DNA of 22,064 bases from Synechococcus sp. (GTDB lineage Bacteria > Cyanobacteriota > Cyanobacteriia > Thermostichales > PCC-7336): positions 1-22,064 of the forward strand of contig JBFRWD010000061.1 in NCBI GenBank assembly GCA_051439425.1. Reading direction: 5' to 3'. Under the pieces are notes generated by a model. It worked only from the letters and a program-made list of their open reading frames with translations. It was not told the DNA's origin and did not search any database. Positions 18,270-22,064 of the stretch are shown in pieces; within the stretch, counting starts at the first letter, position 1; each line of letters opens with the position of its first letter. The translations under genes were made by a program, and so were the position numbers.

Positions 18270-20171
18270 CTATTGAGCTATTCCAAAGATCGCAACACCT
18301 GCTGCGGGTACTGTAATCAATACGGCTTTGCCATTCCTCGCTTCCACCGTCACCAACTGACCGATCTGCGAAGCATCCGTCGAGTAAATGCACCGCAATG
18401 TGTCTCCTGCTTCGTGAAGGTCATTGTCAATCGTGACCCAAGCCTTAGTGGGATTGTCATAATCAGTGTTAATCGCCAGCACCATCTCTTTCGTGCTCAA
18501 AATCCGCGACCAAGGCACCACCGATCGCATTTGTCCCCCAACCATTTCTGGGTCCCCAAAATTCACCCCATCATCGGGGGCCGAAATCGGTCGTAGGTAC
18601 TGCCGACCGCGCCGCAGCACGATATTCTCTCGGCGAATCTCAAGGAGTTTGGCCAGTCCTTTGTAGACGGGGTTGTCTTCGTTAAACACATGCACCCCCT
18701 TACTCCGAAAGGCTCCGAAGTCACCGCCGAACATGGCTTCTCGGATATAGCGATCGCCATGATCACCGCTTCCTTCGCCATCAAAACACTGTTCGCTACC
18801 GTAGTAGATGCAGGGAATTCCAAGAGTCAACGCATTGAGAGCCAGCACGTTGAGAATGATCCGATCGCCATTGTTGTGGGCGCAGAAACGAGCCTTATTA
18901 TCGCCCTTGCGAACCTGATCGTGGTCGTCAAACGTGGTCACTACCTTGTCGCGGAACCAGATATGGGAATCTTTGCGGACCAACTCGGAATTACGGAATA
19001 GGCCAAAATAATCAGTTGGATTGCGATATCCTTTCACCAAATATTCCAGCTTGTCAGGAATATCGTTAATCCCTAAAGCAGCACTGAGTCCAGTTTTTTC
19101 CAGGGTTTCGTAAGCTCGCTGTCGACCACCTGTAATTTCACCTAACAGGAAGAAATTATCCTTACCCAAAGTCTGAGCAAATTCATGGATCACCGAAGCA
19201 AAGTAACGAGTGGCTCCGTCATCCATGTGCTTGACAGTATCGATGCGGTAACCATCGATATCGGCATAGGCGATCCAGTATTTGTAGGCTTCGCAGAGAT
19301 AACGCAGCCCCTCCGAAACCCGGTAATCATCTAGGGAACCATTACCGTGGCAAACATCCTTCAGGTCGAAGAAATCGCCTTCTCGGAATTCAGGATCGTA
19401 ATCCCAGTTATTAATCCGACCTTTTTGGGTAAAACAAGCCGGATCTTGAAATTCCACAGGCCAGATCGCATCGTTTGGGTTAGGCCATGTGGCGGGGGTG
19501 AGGGGATCGGTTTTACGGAAGGGAAGGTTAGCATTCCCGTCCCGATCGTTGAATCCCTTAACGGTGTAGGTATTATTGTCCCACCGAGGGTCTAAGAACC
19601 AATTTCCTGGCGGATCTTCTGTCCAATAGCGATCGGGATTGTATCTAAAGACATTCCCCGAGTGATTCAAGATAATGTCCAGAATCACGCAGATGCCTTT
19701 TTCGTGTGCGACCCGCACCAGTTCTTTCAGATCTTCACGAGTGCCAAACCGAGGTTCGATCTCCAGAAAGTTCTGGATGCCGTAGCCATGATAGGTTTCC
19801 TGAAAGCGCACCTGCTTAAAAATTGGACTGACCCAGACAGCAGTAATGCCCAATCGCTTGAGGTATCCGATTTTTTGGGTCAGGCCTTTCAGATTGCCCC
19901 CCACATACCGAGTCCCTGCCTCCCGCCAGTTCCGAGCTTCTGCCTCGGTTTCGATCGCATTACTCTCAGCTGCCGGAGAGTAGAGAGGGGTACTTCCCGT
20001 TCTAACCAAGTTACCGTCGTTATCCAAATAGGCATTTTCCTTGCCATCCGAGAACCGATCGAGCATCAGGAAATAGAAGACCCGATCTTCCCAGGCGCTG
20101 GGAGAGGGGAAATAGGGTCCCGAAGCGGTTAGGTTTGAGAAATCAATTTCAGATAATTGCTTTAAGGACAT
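18270..20171 (-). CDS. Glycoside hydrolase family 13 (alpha-amylase family) protein; no signal peptide
   Basis: YFLMLDRFSDG, GGNLKG, LGITAVWVSP, YHGYG, DIILNH. Catalytic triad intact: YRIDTVKH (Asp), LGEITGG (Glu), FDDHDQ (Asp). GIPCIYYGSEQ. ATG 20171 is preceded by AAAGGAGG and preferred over 20234. Confidence 0.93.
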   Translation of the reverse strand: MSLKQLSEIDFSNLTASGPYFPSPSAWEDRVFYFLMLDRFSDGKENAYLDNDGNLVRTGSTPLYSPAAESNAIETEAEARNWREAGTRYVGGNLKGLTQKIGYLKRLGITAVWVSPIFKQVRFQETYHGYGIQNFLEIEPRFGTREDLKELVRVAHEKGICVILDIILNHSGNVFRYNPDRYWTEDPPGNWFLDPRWDNNTYTVKGFNDRDGNANLPFRKTDPLTPATWPNPNDAIWPVEFQDPACFTQKGRINNWDYDPEFREGDFFDLKDVCHGNGSLDDYRVSEGLRYLCEAYKYWIAYADIDGYRIDTVKHMDDGATRYFASVIHEFAQTLGKDNFFLLGEITGGRQRAYETLEKTGLSAALGINDIPDKLEYLVKGYRNPTDYFGLFRNSELVRKDSHIWFRDKVVTTFDDHDQVRKGDNKARFCAHNNGDRIILNVLALNALTLGIPCIYYGSEQCFDGEGSGDHGDRYIREAMFGGDFGAFRSKGVHVFNEDNPVYKGLAKLLEIRRENIVLRRGRQYLRPISAPDDGVNFGDPEMVGGQMRSVVPWSRILSTKEMVLAINTDYDNPTKAWVTIDNDLHEAGDTLRCIYSTDASQIGQLVTVEARNGKAVLITVPAAGVAIFGIAQ

Positions 20172-20290
20172 GGTGATATTCCTCCTTTCTAGGAGTTCAC
20201 CAGGAACGAATGCCTCGCCCTTGCCCCGAATCACTTAGGGGCTAGAAACTCCCTCACTCCCGATCTTGACAAGAACGCTCGCCCGGAGAA

Positions 20291-20308
20291 ATACGACGAT
20301 ATGCGTAT
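20291..20308. promoter_or_regulatory. Palindrome ATACG-N8-CGTAT, candidate operator of the adjacent LuxR-type regulator
   Basis: ATACGACGATATGCGTAT lies between the regulator stop and the amylase start. A TG-n-CAAGAT -10-like element follows about 23 nt downstream on the - strand. Confidence 0.5.
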
Positions 20309-20312
20309 ACGA

Positions 20313-21014
20313 TTATGACGATTTTGCAACAAACTTATGGTTGAGCAATCCCAACTTTTCCAAGGCAAACATCACCGCCCCCGTCCGTGTTTGGACCTCC
20401 AGTTTTTTATAAACATGCTCCAGGTGTTTTCGTACCGTTCCTTCGCTACAGCCCAGCTCTTTGGCAATACCGGCATTACTTTTATCCCGAGCGATCCAGA
20501 ACAAGACCTCCGCTTCTCGTTTGGTGAGCCCTAGCAACTCAAGCGCGTTCACGGAGAAAGCAGGCAGATATCGTTCTTCAAGCAGCAACAAATAGCGACC
20601 TCGACTGGGATCGGGAAAGAGATACACACTTAGCTGCCGCCCATCTCGCTCGATATGTAGTGGAGGACAGGGGGATGGCACCTCACAAAAAGTGTGCTGC
20701 GAGATCTGGTGGCTAAACCAGTGTTTTATCAGATCTGGCAATATGTGTGAATCTTCGGAGGTAACATATTGCCTCAAGAGGAGATCTGCACGTTTAGTGA
20801 CGAACTGTACTTGCCCGTCGTGCATCACACAGATCGCGCCTCCCCGTTCCACAGCTTGCTTGCACTGGGTTAGCACTTCCTGGATTTGGCTGTCTTCTAA
20901 GTTAGCACCTTCATCCTGCATCAGATGGGGACGAAGGAGGTTGAGAATACAACGATCGCATTGGGTGAAACTTAGGCGATCGCAATTTGGAGATTGACTG
21001 CCCTCAATAACCAT
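20313..21014 (-). CDS. LuxR-family HTH transcriptional regulator with a PAS-like middle region and no receiver domain
   Basis: LGLTKREAEVLFWIARDKSNAGIAKELGCSEGTVRKHLEHVYKKLEVQTRTGA. ATG 21014 is preceded by GAGGTG; the ORF is open to 21098, so the start is uncertain. Confidence 0.9.
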   Translation of the reverse strand: MVIEGSQSPNCDRLSFTQCDRCILNLLRPHLMQDEGANLEDSQIQEVLTQCKQAVERGGAICVMHDGQVQFVTKRADLLLRQYVTSEDSHILPDLIKHWFSHQISQHTFCEVPSPCPPLHIERDGRQLSVYLFPDPSRGRYLLLLEERYLPAFSVNALELLGLTKREAEVLFWIARDKSNAGIAKELGCSEGTVRKHLEHVYKKLEVQTRTGAVMFALEKLGLLNHKFVAKSS

Positions 21015-21754
21015 TTTCACCTCTACCACGAGGCAAGAACTCCTCAGCATGGAAGCATTAACTGTGGTAAGAACCACATTCTTTTCAGGCGGAGCCAAAT
21101 TGAGAAAAAATTCTATATCTTGTTTGCCTAGACTTTAATAGTGGCAGCTAAAAATAAGATCGAGAAAGGTGTTACCCTCAGGAAGTTGATAAACCTATTG
21201 AATAATCAGTTGTTAAATAAACTCTTCTAGGCTCGTCCCTTCCATAAAGAGCCATATCAAATATATGGAAGCCAATTAAACCTGAGGAAGTGACTTTTCA
21301 AAATACGCTAATCCTCCTTTGATTTGAAGAATAAATTCCTGGAAGTGATTGAGACACACTTTATATTTTAGATCTCTACTCCTCTAATTAAAAATATCAA
21401 ATCTACAAAAGAGAATATTTCAAGGGTCTGAATATTTGATGTATTTCCTCCTGCATTGATAGTAACATTAGGAGGCCTTATTCCTATATGGACAAAACCT
21501 ATGATGTTATGAAAATTTGCATTTAAGTGATTGTGACTTTAGGCTTTGAGTAGATTTTAACGGCAAGTAGGAAAGGTATAAAACTCTAATAAAGTGGATA
21601 ATATTATGCTGGTTGCTTGTCTTTTTGCACCGAAGCTCTTTCAACAAGCTTTCAATTTGCGAAGATTGAAAGAATGAGCAAGTAGAGTCATTACAACCCA
21701 TTCAGGCTGCAGGAGCGGGCGATCGGAAAGCTACTATCCCTGAGACGAGAAGGG

Positions 21755-21770
21755 TACGTGCAATTTCGTA
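21755..21770. promoter_or_regulatory. Second TACG-N8-CGTA palindrome
   Basis: TACGTGCAATTTCGTA has the same half-sites and spacing as 20292-20307. Confidence 0.4.
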
Positions 21771-21939
21771 GAGAGGGCCGAACTACCCTCAACGAGATCG
21801 TTGCCCGGCTCCAAGCCGGAGTGCCTTGTGATGCTCGATATACCTAAACGTACAAATACCCGGTTTGAGCAAGTCAGGTCGACATTGCTTGCTCACAGTC
21901 GCTCACCGCTGTCTACCCATAGAGCAACAGGTAATGAAC

Positions 21940-22064
21940 TATTGCAGTCGCCCGCAATGTTAGGACAGTGCTCTGAAGACGGAGTCGAGAGCGTCCCAAA
22001 GAGAGTCAAAGCGATGGAGAGTTTGGCGTAAGCGGTGTTTCAGACGAGCCCAAAACTTTTCAAT
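21940..22064 (-). mobile_element. IS630-family insertion sequence, downstream (transposase 3') end with terminal repeat and TA target site; truncated by the window edge
   Basis: TA-TTGCAGTCGCCCGCAATGTTAGGACA resembles cyanobacterial IS630 termini (TA-TAGCAGTC..GTTAGGACA). The transposase stop codon falls inside this terminal repeat. Confidence 0.85.
21960..22064 (-). CDS. IS630-family transposase, C-terminal fragment (partial)
   Basis: The - strand reads IEKFWARLKHRLRQTLHRFDSLWDALDSVFRALS*. IE..W..LK is the segment carrying the catalytic Glu after SPDLNP in IS630/Tc1 DDE transposases. Not in the ORF track. Confidence 0.88.
   Translation of the reverse strand: MEKFWARLKHRLRQTLHRFDSLWDALDSVFRALS

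Larger units (their letters stand above)
1514..20983. repeat. Dispersed HIP1 octamers (GCGATCGC)
   Basis: More than a dozen copies, for example near 1514, 2568, 3340, 4378, 5964, 11368, 16116, 18097 and 20976; a hallmark of many cyanobacterial genomes. Confidence 0.85.

Noticed and set aside
21507..21701. 64-aa - strand ORF
   Set aside because: AT-rich region, no clear RBS or recognisable domain; cannot be supported, though not excluded.
21686..21847. + frame reading LLSLRREGYVQFRREGRTTL, reminiscent of an ArsR winged-helix wing
   Set aside because: Short, with a stop just upstream and no ArsR helices; needs BLASTx and is probably chance.
21801..22031. 76-aa + strand ORF
   Set aside because: Crosses the IS630 junction and runs antisense to the transposase; likely a chimeric chance ORF.
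1..22064. CRISPR array, tRNA, rRNA or riboswitch
   Set aside because: No regularly spaced repeats or recognisable RNA gene motifs were seen in the intergenic regions by eye.

Overview
Cyanobacterial chromosomal DNA, judged from frequent HIP1 GCGATCGC octamers and a flavodiiron Flv1-type gene. From left to right on the + strand: the 3' part of flv1 (with an in-frame TAA at 78-80), two predicted membrane-anchored nucleases (a Card1/DUF1887-like PD-(D/E)XK protein without an obvious CARF domain, and an NYN/LabA-family protein), an aldehyde dehydrogenase and an FG-GAP-like propeller protein. A GAF-GAF-GGDEF-EAL gene follows on the - strand, then a large PhoA-type alkaline phosphatase/5'-nucleotidase (+) with a candidate Pho box and a terminator. 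The right third is a - strand cassette: LuxR-type regulator -> GH13 alpha-amylase-like enzyme -> stand-alone copy of an M6 protease prodomain -> M6 metalloprotease with two P-domains -> SNase-family nuclease. None of the cassette's hydrolases has an evident signal peptide, and a TACG-N8-CGTA palindrome precedes the amylase gene and recurs upstream of the regulator. The window ends inside an IS630 element that the ORF track missed. The best candidates for an undescribed system are this regulated three-hydrolase cassette with a free prodomain, and the membrane-anchored nuclease pair. Family assignments come from recalled motifs, not database searches.
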